The position numbers and the translations under genes are program-made. A stretch of DNA of 64,000 nucleotides, taken from the NCBI RefSeq assembly GCF_036321535.1, contig NC_087436.1:46502001-46566000 (forward strand), written 5' to 3'. The stretch comes from Camelus dromedarius (taxonomy: Eukaryota). The notes under the pieces are model-generated. The model did no database searches and was not told the origin of the DNA. It was given only the letters and a program-made list of their open reading frames with translations. Of this stretch, positions 1 through 13,350 are shown one piece after another (the stretch's first letter is position 1; each line of letters starts with the position of its first letter).

Positions 1-286
1 GGTCGCCCCACTCCCCACCATGCCCGCCTGCAAAAGAGGAGGGACTAACAGCCGGTCCTGCTCACCACTCGAGCCACTGCAATCCTTCTGCTCACTGTCG
101 CTGTCGGGAAGAAAGGCCCAGTCCACCCAGTGTTTTACAGAGTTATCAGCGACCATCTTCAGTCTATTTTATTATACATACAGACCAACCCCACTCACTC
201 CAGAGGTATGAGAACAACCTTAAGACTGATACCATATTATGCTCAGTATCACTCCTTCCGTCTGCAGCTGGTATATGTTCCTTATA

Positions 287-779
287 GAGCAGTCCGTGCC
301 TTGTCCACCAGGAATATGTTCAAAGACCCCCAGTGGATGCCTGAAACCAAGGACAGTACTAAACCCTATACATACTATGTTTTTTCCCTATACGTACATA
401 CCTATGACAAAGTTTAATTGAGAAACCAGGTACAGTTAGAGAACATCCAAATTGCCAGCATTCAGGGCCATTATTAACTGAAATAGGAATTACTTGAACA
501 CAAGCACTGTGATACTGTGACAGTCCATCTGATAACCTAGCTGTGGCTACTAAGTGACTAACGTGCAGGATATGCTGGACAAAGGGCGGATGAATCACGT
601 CCTGCGTAGGAGGGAGCAGGGTGGCACTGGTTTTCATCATGCTACTCAAAACTGTGCACAGTTTAAAACTTCTGAATACTTTGTTTCTGGAATTTTCTGT
701 TTAGTATTTTCAGACCTTGGTTGACCACGGATAGCTGAAATTAAGGAAAGCAAAAACTGAGGATAAGTGGGGACAATTG
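287..779 (-). mobile_element. MER44-like (Tigger7-derived) non-autonomous DNA transposon
   Basis: Degenerate inverted ends (gagcagtccgtgccttgtcc ... ggataagtggggacaattg) with TA on both flanks; the interior resembles the recalled MER44 consensus. Confidence 0.8.
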
Positions 780-3439
780 TAGTTATTTTCGTCTTCTGTT
801 TAGAGGAGTGCTTTCTGAAAATGCAGTGCTTAAGAGAAACAAATCTGTATCGGCAAGGTGAATATAACATTATACTATGCTAAACATTTAAAGCTATAAA
901 CCATTTTAAATTCCCATCACCAGAATGGAAAGCAATTGTGATTGAAGTAACAGTGAGCAATATTACTGTTAAAGACATTTCTCTTTAACACTCAATTTCG
1001 TGAAAAAACTACATTCCTTTCTATCTTTAAGTGTTCTTTCAAGCTGCACATGAATAGCAGTACCTGAAATAATTGTAAGAGCCCTGAGTGATGTTTTACA
1101 TTAGAGTTCTAAAGAATGTCTGATCTAAAAAAAGAAAGAAAGCAGTAGCATCATTCTTAAAAGTCCGTCCAAATTATTTTTAGCTTAAATGCAAAACTTG
1201 TCATTTGTTACTAATACACTAGGAATAGCCTTAGAATTTAAAGCATAGTACAGAAAACCCCGTCAATCTATCTGTAGTTAAAAGGTTAACTGCTGTTTTT
1301 CTTTATTCCTATCTTTGGAATGTCCTTGGTACTTGTGAATACGAGATGTATTCAGAAATAGATGAACAGATTATCCAATTAACATGAGACTAGCTCTCCA
1401 CACACACACAATCTAATTCTCATTTTTTCTGTACTTTTCTGATATATCTTTCTGTAGGTGTACATTTTTACTAAATTGTGTGGTACTATATCATTGTAAC
1501 TTTATTTGAAGAGGCATCATAATAATATTTTGTCCTCTTACACCAGAAAATATTCATGCCTCCATGACAAATGCTTCATTCTTCACTGAGACTTCCCTTT
1601 GATTTCTGTTTATTGGGCCTCTTTATAAAGTGCAAGAAAACTTTGCTCAAAGTAAAAAGTTCCATCCCATTTAGATGTCTCCTAAGTTATTTATGCAGAT
1701 ATCTTTTTTTTTTTTTTTTTGCAATCAAAAATAAGCTCTCTGAGCACAGGCACCTATCATGTCTATTTCATCTTTATGTCCCATGAAACACTCAGCCCAA
1801 AGTAAAACATATAATAAATTTTCACTAAATGTTAGTTGAATAAATTAACGTCTTCCAGAATCCCACTGCTTGGCCCTAGTACTCAGAGTTGTATAGCATT
1901 TCTTATTTAACATTCTTTTAATACAACCTGGGAAACTACATTTGAACAATCACAGAATGTTCCACAACCTCCTAATCTGAATTTGAATGTATTTTTCTTG
2001 ACATAATTTATTGAAAAGGTAAAATGCTTTGAGTCATTTTTCCTTCTTTTCATCTTCCCTGGGCTCACTCAGGAAACAGCCTTACTCACTTCTTAGCTTT
2101 AAAATCTTGCTAGTTACCTATTAACCTTCCAAGGGATAAATGTAAAACTGAGCACCAGTAAATTCTCATTTGTGCTTATTAAAGTAGCCCCAAAAGTAAT
2201 TAAAACTGTGATATACAATGCTGACGAAGTTGTGAAAAAGTAACAGAGTAAGGGTCTAGAAAAGCAGATAAAATTCAGATCCCCTTTGGAAAGCAATTTA
2301 GAAATATTTACAGAGGTGTTTATTTTAGTTTATCTTTAGTAGCAAAAATTAGAAACAGCCTAAGTATTCAGTGATTTGGGACAGATTAACTACAAAATGT
2401 TCATGCCTGATTTTGATAGCTGATAACCTATTCACAAGACAATGACAAATACTGTCTAAAAACAAATGTGTGGTATAAAATAATAAAAAATCAGCATGTC
2501 AAACTATGTAATAAGCTTACAATTGCTTGAAATATGTAAGCATAAATTTAAAAGACTAGAAGGAAATAGGACAAAATGAAAACAGTTATTATAGAGTGAT
2601 GGGATTATGGATGCAATTTTTTGTTTCCTTTTATGTTGAAAGATTATTTTAACAAAATATGAAATCAAAGGGAAAAAAGGATCAAGTTTTAGTCCCTCGA
2701 TGTTCATATTTTAAGAAGGATGTTATGCAGATACCTAAGCAACGTTTGTCTTCCTTGCTTCAAAATCTCAGCATGTATTTCGTCTCGTTCCAGGGGCTTA
2801 ACTATTTTTTTTAAATAACTCTGGCTACCATAGCTATTCTTTGAAAGTCTAAACAAAGTGTGTATTGTTCCCTGGCAGCATCTCTTGTTTGCATTAAACC
2901 ATGAGTTATGATATTAGTGCATCCTGTTGCAAGTTCTTTGAAGAAAGCTCTTTTTCTGGCCGCTTAGTAGATGATAGTCGTCTTTCAGGGTGTATTCAAT
3001 TTCCAATGGAGTTCTGACCCTTGGTTTTGTACAAATGATACATCAAAAATTTTCTTATAATGGCCATCGTTACTCCAAGTCAACATATTTGCCATTTTAC
3101 CAAGGAGCGTGCAAGAGTTATGATTACAGTGTAACTTTTTAAACTTTATATATGAAGCAGAGTTTCTTCCATGAGTAAAGACTTCAGCAATTACAATAAT
3201 CTAGTATAATAGTAAAATATTTTTTGCTCTTCTAGAAAGACACTGCAAGCTTCACATTGCTTAGTTTATCTGATAGGTGTACAAAAATCATCTTTATGTA
3301 AGTTACGTTTAATTCAGGTTTCTGTACATTCTGAAAGGTCATTATAAATGAGGAGTATAAACCAAATGACAATGAGGATAGAAATATTCAACATCGACTC
3401 CCAATTTCTACATGCATTCATTCATCCAGCAGTGCATCA

Positions 3440-3625
3440 TTGTGTTAAAAGCACAATGCTCTTAAGTCAGAGTTGTATAAATCTGGAAAAATTACTTTAC
3501 CTCTCTGTGCCTTAGTTTCTTCATCTATTAAATAGAGATAAAGATAGTACTTGCCTCAGAGAAATTTGTGAGAATTGAGTTAGTGAACGTAAAGTTCCTG
3601 GCACTTAAGAAATGTTACTGTTTTA
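3440..3625 (+). mobile_element. MIR SINE fragment
   Basis: MIR core ttactttacctctctgtgccttagtttcttcatcta...gatagtacttgcctcagaga; boundaries approximate. Confidence 0.75.
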
Positions 3626-3719
3626 CTAATGTATATGTTTTTGAAGGTAAGAGCACAAATATTAAAATGTCACAACTCTTGCCCTCCAGGCAACTTAGAA
3701 AGCATTCTTAAAAGTCAAC

Positions 3720-3767
3720 TAAGTTTGCTGTGAACCTAAAACTGCTCTAAAAAATAAAGTCTAATTT
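3720..3767 (+). mobile_element. Extremely 5'-truncated L1 (about 50 bp of 3' end)
   Basis: tttgctgtgaacctaaaactgctctaaaaaataaagtc resembles an old L1M 3' terminus; flanked by direct repeat ttaaaagtcaac at 3708-3719 and 3768-3779. Confidence 0.75.
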
Positions 3768-3929
3768 TTAAAAGTCAACAAAGGAGCAACTTTTTAACTG
3801 TCAGTGGAAAGAAACTTGTCTAGGAGTTGAAGTGCATAATAAATGGCTTTGGGAATATTTTTGAATGAAAATGAAATTCTAGTTGCTGTAAGTTTAGCCA
3901 AATGAAACTGTTAAAAGCCACAATGTCTT

Positions 3930-4165
3930 TCTTTTTTCTCCTAGTTGTACAGAGCTACAATTGACATATAACACTGAATTAGTTTTAGGTGTTCAAAATA
4001 ATGGTTTGACATATGTATATGTTATGAAATGATTACCACAGTAAGCTTAGTTAATATCCAAAATCTCACATAGTTACAAATTTCTGCCTTGTGATGAGAA
4101 CTTTTAAGATCCACTCTCTTAGCATCTTTCAAATATACCATACAGTACTGTTAACTTCAGTCAGG
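3930..4165 (-). mobile_element. L1 (L1MA-type) 3' UTR fragment
   Basis: T-rich tail then aattgacatataacactg...gatgagaacttttaagatccactctcttagc, typical of an antisense L1MA 3' end. Confidence 0.75.
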
Positions 4166-4912
4166 GTGAAGACTACCTTTCCTTTACTTCTGAGCACTTC
4201 AGGGGACTTTCCCTCTTTGGAAGACAACTGCAGGTTCAGAGTCTAGAAAGACTGATGCACATCACCATCTTTCTGAAATAGGAAATTTTTCTAGCTAATA
4301 GCCATCGTATTTTCCCCAAATGCCTGTCACTCTATGACAATGGAAACCACGAATCTGGAGGTTTATTTTAATTGTCTTTACAGGGAAACTGGAAAGAGAA
4401 ATCAAAGCCGTTTTTCACTTTTGTGTCAAATGTGTCTAAATGAATTAAATACATGTTCAGAGATGTGTATATTCTTCAAGATTTAGATTTGGAGATGCTC
4501 ATTTGGTGAAGTCTAATAAATATAATGATTTAGTCTCTATTTTCCTAAGCTGATGAATCATTTAAAAGTTCTCCATCAAGAAAGTCTTAAATTTCCAAAT
4601 TAGTTTTATTCAATCTTTTACTAAGTCAACAAATACTTATTTGATGTCCCTAGCACCATGCTAGCTATTAATTTCCATTGGTAATTTGCTTTCCCTTTCT
4701 TAGTGAGAGAAGACTGAATACAGGAAATTAACCCTGCTGTACCCTTGGTCCCAGCACATGAAATTTTGGACCAAACAAGCTAACTTGTGTAACGTAACCA
4801 CTTATATTCTGTGTGCAGCCAGAGCATTATTGGATGGTTATATCCTCTGATGATCTATATAATGTGTTGATTTTGTCCATTTTATTTAGTAGTATCTATT
4901 TTTCAATTTGAG

Positions 4913-4966
4913 GGTGAGCCCGGGTTGCCTGGAGCAGTTGGACAGAATGGAATACCAGGGCCAAAG
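4913..4966 (+). CDS. COL25A1: COL25A1 coding exon, 54 nt, GEPGLPGAVGQNGIPGPK (COL2)
   Basis: tttcaatttgag|GGTGAG...CCAAAG|gttagt; six Gly-X-Y triplets; rare gAG acceptor. Confidence 0.95.
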
Positions 4967-6930
4967 GTTAGTACCAAGAAAACCAAGCAGAATCATTTGA
5001 GACATGAGTTTTCATGATGCTGTAAGCTATTACAACTTTTTTATATCCCACTGGTTTTACTTGAATGGAATCTTTGTCAATAATGTAGTATTCTATAGTG
5101 TAAAACTTTGTGACTAAAGAATAAATTAAGTTTGTAATTCTCATTAGCATTAAGATTGTAGAGAAACAAATGGGATATGATTCTCCAAAATTTTATTTCT
5201 GGTATACTTAAATATATGAGAAAGCCTATGTTTAAAGTATGACTGTTATCATTTTACCACCTAATGAGCATATTAAAACGTAGGCCATGTCCATACTGCC
5301 AAAATTTGCATGATTTTTATAAGACATACTGAAGAAGATGTTCACAGTGCCTCTGTGACTTTTCCTCAAGATTTGGCCACCTCCAGGACTGACACAACAT
5401 AACCAGTTAATCAAATGAAAAGCATAATAAAGATGTGGCATGTTTGAAATTTAAAAATGGATGTAGCCTGAATTACTAAGCAGGGAAAAAATGTAATGAG
5501 GATTTGTGGGTTTTTTTTTTTTTTGGATTCCAAGTTTTCTTTGTTTCTGAAAGAACAAATGAATCTGTTAAATATAAAAAGATTGGTGACAGTTTAGTTT
5601 AAACCAAACAGGCAGACAAATCCGAAATCCTTTGATGAGTGACCATCCCTTGAAGTACAAAACTAACGTCTAATCCCATCAGCTGTGCTGGTGTGTATCC
5701 ATACCCACAGATGCCTGTCAGCTGATTTTTCAGATCACATTGCTATTGACAAGCACCTAAGACAGACTTAAAATTTATAGACCTGTCCTTTGTCCTTCAG
5801 GAGAGGAAAGAAAATACTCCTTCTGGGACTACAGCCATTTTCCTGTCTTCTTCCCTCTCTAGCTCCACGCTAAAAAGCCAAATGATAGGCGTTAATGCTT
5901 AATGCATGTTCTCAGTACTATTCTTCTGTTGCCTAGCGACCATCAGGACGGATGTTGAGCAGTGCAAGGTAACCAGAAATTCAGAAAGCCAAAGGGTCAG
6001 GCCGACTTTCAGGGAGTGAAAAGAGTGTTGCCTTCAAACTGACTTTTAGAGTGGATTATAATTTTAAAAAACACAGTAACCACCTTAAAAATAATTCTTA
6101 AAGCAATCTGATCTTATTACAATGCTTTCTTAACCTGTCCTTGAGAGAATTATTATTACAATGTGTGTGATTTGCTTTAGAACTCTCTGACTCCGTCCCC
6201 TGTCCCTTCACGGGTAAAGTGAAAATGAGATCCTTTCCAGAACACAATTTTGCATTTTAGTCCTCATACTGTCATGGTCATCATTTTGAGTAAAGACATT
6301 TCTCCTAAACTCTCTTAGATTCTGCCCCATTCTGTTATCTTTTCTGAAAGAATCAGTGTCTAATAAAGGACCCCTGATTTGTACATGCTGGTTAACAACA
6401 GGTTGAAGACAGTTTGCAACATTGGGAAGGGGCCCAAGCTCAGGCTTTAGCGTTTATGGTCATGTCAGAGGAAGACAGGTAGGCGAACTACACGGGTACT
6501 CTGGACCCCTGAAATAATCCATGCACCAGGGATTGCTTTGAATAAGATTTTGTGGAAGGATGTGCTTGTTCACCTTATTGAGTCTGATTTTGGGCAGAAT
6601 AAAAAGTCATCTCAGAAGCCTCTCGAGACGTTGAATAGCCACAACATTGTTCTCCGTAGGTCCCAAAGCCAAATGTTGCCTGATAATCTTAAATATTTTT
6701 CTTTAGCCTCAAAAGCAAAGAATAAAGGTTACATTTGCTATGGATATCCATACTCAATTCTCCAGGAAGCTCATCTTACCATTTGCTTTTATATAGCCAC
6801 TATACATTCCCAAAATAGAAAGTGTCACTTATAATTTATCTAGTATGTTCAATATCTCGTTTTGTTTGGTGTTGCTTAATGAGGCATTTTATAATTTAAT
6901 ATATCATCCAATCTTTGTTCTTTTGCCCAG

Positions 6931-6957
6931 GGAGAACCTGGAGAACTAGGAGAAAAG
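6931..6957 (+). CDS. COL25A1: COL25A1 coding exon, 27 nt, GEPGELGEK
   Basis: ttcttttgcccag|GGA...AAG|gtgaga; three Gly-X-Y triplets. Confidence 0.95.
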
Positions 6958-7049
6958 GTGAGAGTGAGTCTGCGTATTTTTATCTATTTTCCCCCAAAGA
7001 GGTATCAAAGTGAACTTTATTCAAGTATGGACGCGTAGATAGAGGTATA

Positions 7050-7337
7050 CAGGAGTACCTTGGAGACATTACAGGTTGGGTTCCAGACCACTGCAATAAA
7101 GCAAATAATGCAATAAAGCAAGTCACATGATTTTTTGGTTTCCCAGTGCCTATAAAAGTTGTGTTTACCCTATGCTGTAGTCTGTTAAGTGTTCAATAGC
7201 ATTATGTCTAAAAAACCAATGTGCTTACCTTAATTCAAAAAATAATGCAACGCAAAGTGGCCATAAACCTTCAATTTGTAAAAAGCACAGTGTCTTCAAA
7301 GTGCAATACAGCAAAACAATAAAACAAGGTATGCCTA
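7050..7337 (-). mobile_element. Internally deleted Tigger1 derivative (MITE)
   Basis: Both Tigger1-type ends present (caggagtacct ... aaggtatgccta), with TA on both flanks. Confidence 0.85.
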
Positions 7338-9573
7338 TATATATAGATATAGATAAATATAATGACCACTGTTTTTTTCAAATTGTTAATTAGTGGAAGG
7401 AGAAAATAGTATAATTCGTATGTGAGTACAGAAGTTTGGGTAAAAAGATTTAAATGAATGGAGGGGAATGGAGCAAATTTAAACATTCTATGTCAGGCTT
7501 TTAAGTGGCTTTCAAAAATCCCTAGGCCTGCAAAAGTTCTATTCTACCTATTTGCTAGTGCCATTCCAAAACTTTTCTAAGCATCCATGTCTTTCTCTAG
7601 TGCTTCTTAGGTCACTGGGTTAAAGAGATACAGATGTTTACCTGCAGCAAATATACTGATAGTTGCCCCACAAAGAATTCCCATAAAAATCAGAAAGAGA
7701 AACAGCAGGAGTAGTAGAGTGCATATGTTCAATTTCTCTTAGATGGACATTCTTTCTTACTACTTTGGGGGACGGTCTCATGCTGTTTCCTTTCACAGTG
7801 TTTGAGAAGGGTGCTGTCTGTGTAGGAAACTACCAGGATATCACATAATGCTCTTCATAAGTGATACGATCTTTCTGACAAATCAGTATTCATCACCACT
7901 AATCCCCAAAGAAGTACATCTACAGATCCAGCAAACTTCGTGAATGTAAATGTATTTTTGTATTTTGTAACGCAAAACTAGAAAGACATTCATTTAAAGG
8001 GAAGGAGAGCAAAACAGAGGGGCAGCTCAGTCAAACCTTTCACCTCAGGACCACTCTGAGCCAGTTTTCCTAATAAGAATGTTTGTCTTGTTTGTTTTGT
8101 TTTCTAATAAAGAGATTTCCAAGCAATTTTTTAAAGTGTGCTAATGGGCTGCCTTCAAAGACCCCTCACAACTGGTGATCAGTACATTTATTTGGCATCC
8201 AGCCAATTCATGGTAATTAATTTGAAATTCATTAGTCATCAGATGGCTCTTTTGTGTAGAAATTAAGGAGGGAAAAGGAACAATGCCAGCCCCATTCCAG
8301 GCACTCATCAGATACAGTGGCTCAGGCTCCCCGGCCACGGTGGTGGACCTGTCACCATAAAAGAATGCCTGAGCATCTTAGCTTCATGCTTATTTGAAAT
8401 GAGAAAAGAAAATGAAGAGAAAAAGTTAAAATCTCCCTCCCTCTTCATCCCTCCCTCTCCCAGGGAAACTAATACCAATAGTGTCTCTGTGATTTTATGG
8501 AAATTTTTAAATGATAGAAAAGTGAGCTCTTATGAAGCTAGACAGAAGGGTATCCCAGCTTATGGAATGTATGAACAATGATGCATTGTATTGCTAATGG
8601 CTATCATTAACAGCTTCGGATGTGTCAGATAACTTCTCTAGTTGCTTTAGACACAAGAATTGTTTATTTCTTAAAACCCCATAATATATTCTTGCCCTTA
8701 CATTACACAAGTGAGAAATTTTATGGGAAAAGAATTTCATTTGCCCAGTAGGTACTGGAGCTGGGCTCTGTCTCTCTGGCTCCAAAGTTCATGATTTTTC
8801 CACTGGAACATGCTGTAAGACTTCGAGAATTCAGAATTTAAGGAAGCAAACATGGCTAACAAACAATGACTTTTTTTTTTTTTTTAATGCACTGCTTTAT
8901 GTAGAAAAGAGAGCTCAGTGAAGGGAATAGACAGAGAAACTCTCAAAGATAACAAAGGAAGTATAAACTCCTCAATTTATCTTACTATGATTGTTTTAGG
9001 TTTTCTAATAAAATGGAAAACATTTATTTCACAAATGCAAAACATATAGGCCAAATAAATCAATATTCATGCACCAGTTTTGAGGGCTGTGTCATGACTT
9101 TGAGGGCCTGGAGATTTGAGATGGACTAGGAGACAGATTAGGATTTATACAGAGTTATGGGAAGGGAGTGGACAGGAGTCCAGGAGGCAGGAATGGCGGG
9201 AGGAAGGAGACAGAGATGGTGGCATAAGGAGAGAGTCAGGAGAAAGTCTTTGTTACAAGTGAAGCTCTGAGCAGAGGAGAAAAGGGATAGAGTTAAGGAG
9301 GCTCTAAGTGCCAAAAAAGCTATCAGAAGTCAGAGAAATTGCTTTCTGTTAATATTGTGGAGTACTTTAAAACTGTTCAGTTGCATTCATTGTAATAAAA
9401 TTTATTTGGACCCTTTGATATCAGGCAGCTGGTCAAGTAACAGTCCATTAGCTCTACAGGACATGTACAACAGATTTTGATATATAGTGCCTATGGAAGA
9501 AAAAATAATGAAACATATTTTCTGCTTAATGTCACCAATATATTTTACACATATTGCTTTTTTCCCTCCTTAG

Positions 9574-9618
9574 GGAGATGCTGGAGAGAATGGCCCCAAA
9601 GGTGACACAGGCGAAAAG
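9574..9618 (+). CDS. COL25A1: COL25A1 coding exon, 45 nt, GDAGENGPKGDTGEK
   Basis: tttccctccttag|GGA...AAG|gtacag; five triplets. Confidence 0.96.
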
Positions 9619-10131
9619 GTACAGTGTTGTGAAACATGAAAGAGTATGTGTATGGGCAAGCAATATTGTTTTCGTGTATATGAAAATGGCAGATTTTGAG
9701 AGAGTGAGTGGTAGTAGCTTAATATGACAAGATCAGAGATAATTCTGCAGGATTAGGAAACATAAATATCTAATTTATAAAAGATGATTATTCCACAAGC
9801 TTCTAGCTACAAATTTAAATATTTTAAAAGTAAAGTGTTATGTCAAAAATTCTAGAAAATGTGAAGTTAGATTTCCCGTAATATGGCTTTCAAAGAAAAA
9901 AAGACACTTATTCATGTGTAAATGAATACTCCCTTTATACACAGAGATATAAAAATTGAGTTCCTAAAATGATTGCATTTGTCCCAGTTTTAGGACAGAA
10001 GATTGCAGAGGATTGGGATCAGATGTCAAAGTTAGATAATAAGTTAATGTCAGTCGCTTAGAGCCTCTAATGCAGTCTTGAAGAGTTGCCTCAACTTGAA
10101 ATCTCTAAATTCAGATATTTTGTCAGCCTTT

Positions 10132-10132
<1 letters not shown>

Positions 10133-10186
<54 letters not shown>
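10133..10186. repeat. (TAT)18 microsatellite
   Basis: Perfect trinucleotide run; explains the poly-Tyr and poly-Ile ORFs. Confidence 0.98.
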
Positions 10187-10693
10187 CATTTGTCTTTTAA
10201 ACCATTATTGGCATTTATGTTGCAGTGGTCTTTGGTTCATCTTCCTATCTCCTCTTTTTTCCCCAGTCCATCACAGCTTTCTGCTTGGATTCTTACTTCT
10301 CAGACATCTCTGACATATAAAGAAATTTTTATTTCATTTGTGCTATATGTTAAGAATTAAGAAAAAGAGCTTCTAAGAAATTAAAAATAGTATAGTCAGA
10401 TTTTAATTTTAGTCAAGCTAAGTGACTAAGTGATTTTAAAAAGTGATTCATTTAGGCTTATAATTGAGAATGAGAATACTCTACTTTGAAAATTATTACA
10501 CTACAGGTGGATAATAGTTAGTCATAAAAACATACCCATAAAATAAAAAGAAATTTATCTTTCTCATTCTTATAAATATTAATACCAATATGGCCTGGGT
10601 GGTAGGAATAAGTTAATGTCACCAAGTAGCAATTGTGTTTGTAGTTCGAAGAGCAGTCTAGAAATTTGAGTGGACTCCCAGTTTCTTGTAGAC

Positions 10694-10890
10694 CAGGGCT
10701 TCTCAGCCTCAGCACTACTGACATTTTGGGCCAGATAATCCTTCCTGGGGAGGCTGTCAGATGTCTAGCATCTTTCCTGGCCTCTGCCCACTAGAAGCCA
10801 GTAGCATCCTCGAGTATGACAATCAACCTTACCTCTAGACATTGCCAGTTGTCCCCAGGAAACAAAATCATCCCTCATTGAGAACCACTG
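10694..10890 (-). mobile_element. MER20 (hAT-Charlie MITE)
   Basis: Inverted ends cagggcttctca ... tgagaaccactg; the interior matches the recalled MER20 consensus. Confidence 0.85.
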
Positions 10891-11072
10891 CTTTAAACCC
10901 ATTTTATTCATCTGTCAAATTTAAGTATCACACTGCAATCCAACATGGCTTGAATATGTTTAATACTGACAGGACCAGTCGTATACCTGTATTAAGTCAT
11001 GAAGTCAAAATTTCAAACCCCAGCTCTATAAACATGACTGGTATATTTAACTTTCTTGTTTTTGCTTAAAAG

Positions 11073-11406
11073 CACGAGTTAGTAAACTTTTCCTGTAAAG
11101 GGCTAAAAAATAAATATTTTAGGTTTGGTGGACCATATGGTGTCTGTCACAACTAGTTAACTCTGTCATCATAGCATGACAGCCACCATAGACAATATGT
11201 ATACAAACAAGAGTGGCTGTATTCCAATAAAACTTTATTTCTGGACAGTGAAATTTTAACTTCATGTGGTTTTCGCATGTCATGAAATAATTATTCTTTT
11301 GATTTTTTTAACCATTAAGAATGTGAAAATCATTCTTAGCTCATGGGCCATACAAAAACAGGTGGCTAGCTGGATTTGACCCTCAGACCATAGTTGCCAG
11401 CCTCTG
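11073..11406 (+). mobile_element. MER58B-like (hAT-Charlie MITE)
   Basis: aaactttttcctgtaaaggg ... ccaataaaactttattt ... catagttgccagcctctg; partial 8-bp TSD cttaaaag/cttaagga. Confidence 0.85.
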
Positions 11407-12649
11407 CTTAAGGAAAGAAATCTTCTAAACAGAGAGCAGTTTCTTCAAGTGGAAAAAATATACACCAAATTTGAACTATGCTTATGTAGATTTGTGCAGA
11501 GAATTTTATGTTTTAGAAGATGTATTTTTACAGCTTCATTTTTTGAACATTAGCCAATAATTGTTTCTTTAATCACACATTTTAAAATTTTAGTTTTGCA
11601 ACAGTAAAGCAACTTTTTTTGTTTGTAAAGGCTAAATTCATCTCAAAGGAATACTATTCTTATTTTTTATACTAATGTAAATCATTTACCATACCAACTC
11701 ACATACAGTAAACTCTCAATAAATGTTAGCTTTCTTACCACATGGAAGTTGAAATCAACTAGATTGGTTTATTTTTCTTTTTTATCAAAAAGTTTTATTA
11801 GTAAACTGAAATTAAGTACAAGAAATGCTTTGGTTAAAATGGAAATCATTTCTATAAACTTTCAATGGGTCTAAACAGGGAACTGTAAATAGGAATCTGT
11901 AACATATAAAAAGTAATCTGACCTGTAGCATTCATCCCTGGGAATGCTGTAATTGGAATATAATTTTTGATGTGTTTTAAATATTTCCTGCTTCTGTCAT
12001 ATAATTTGTTTCCAGCATGTTGGAAACACTTCTCATGGCCTTTGAGTTCAGTATGTGAAACTCATTCATCATTTACCAAGACTGAGATGTAAAATCAAAA
12101 ATTGCTTCTTTTCTGCCATTGATGTAGTAAATTATGTCATTGGCTGATTCACTTTAATAGGATTTTTTTCCTTTTGATCCAACTCAGTGCCTTTAAATGG
12201 TAAAACAACCTAAGCCTTTCCAGACTGGTCATCTGGAAATGCTGTGGCACTGTAAAAACCTCTGGGCTGGGTTCTCTCTGTGGCCAGCAGCTACGATGCA
12301 CTCTAGGATTAAGAATGACCTGCCAAAGACTGATTTCAATCATGTGTGGAGTTACTATGGAAAGATTATGTTCTACTCTTTAGAGTGTTAATCCCACCAA
12401 CAAATATAGAAATGGATTTCTTTAACTGTTTCCCCCAACTTGCAAGTAAGTATTGGTGCCAACCGCTGAATGCCGCTCTATTATTCACAGTGTTACTTGT
12501 TCGTTCAGAAGCTTTACTTTCTTGGTATTACCTGTCTGTGTCTTCATTTTCTTTGCTCCCTCAATCTTCATTTCTATAAATACGCTGCCTTCTTTCCTTA
12601 CACCTACCTACAGAGCATCTTTGATTTGCATCCTCTGAGCCTTTCAGAA

Positions 12650-13090
12650 GCCACAGCCATATTTGGAACCACCCGCCAAATTGTCTTCTTTTCTTAAGAT
12701 CACACAGAATGGCTTATCTCCGTGGGCACAGGGCCTTCTCCAACTTAGCACACATGCTGATTCCCTTGGCTTAGAATTCTCTTGCTCTCTGTCCACTTCC
12801 TCACATTCTAATCCTATTCTTCAGTCCACTGAAACCTGAATTGATAAGTCATTTCAGTCTCCTGTGGATTGGCTTGGTTACCTGCTGTGTGCTCCCAGAG
12901 CACTTTTTATGATCCCTTTCATAACCCTTACCACAATTTATTGTAATTCCTTGTTTCATTGGGCATCCAGCTCACTGGAAAAGAAAAAATACACAAACAA
13001 GGACTGTATGTTACCAAACTGTTCTATTCCCAACACCAATCCAAGTTCCTGGCACATAGTTGGAAGATAATAAATATTTATTGAGTGAAC
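12650..13090 (+). mobile_element. L2 LINE 3' fragment
   Basis: Ends with cctggcacatagttgg...taataaatatttattgagtgaa, the typical L2 3' end; start approximate. Confidence 0.7.
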
Positions 13091-13350
13091 TGCCTTTTAA
13101 AAAAATAATTTTTTTATTTTCACCTGCTTCTTATTTTCATTGAATGGTAGAAATTTTTCCTATACCAGGCATTTGTTTAGCATGTTTTCTGTGTATATAC
13201 AGTGACACAGAATTTCCCAACATGACAATTTCTTCCTAACCCAGATTTTTTGTAAATGGAAAGAAAGAAAAAGAAAGTATCTTTTATGCTTTCAATCAAT
13301 AATGGTTTTGAATATATATATTTGTATACATACACATATACAAATGATTG

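Noticed and set aside
10086..10360. Poly-Ile and poly-Tyr ORFs
   Set aside because: Translations of the (TAT)18 microsatellite.
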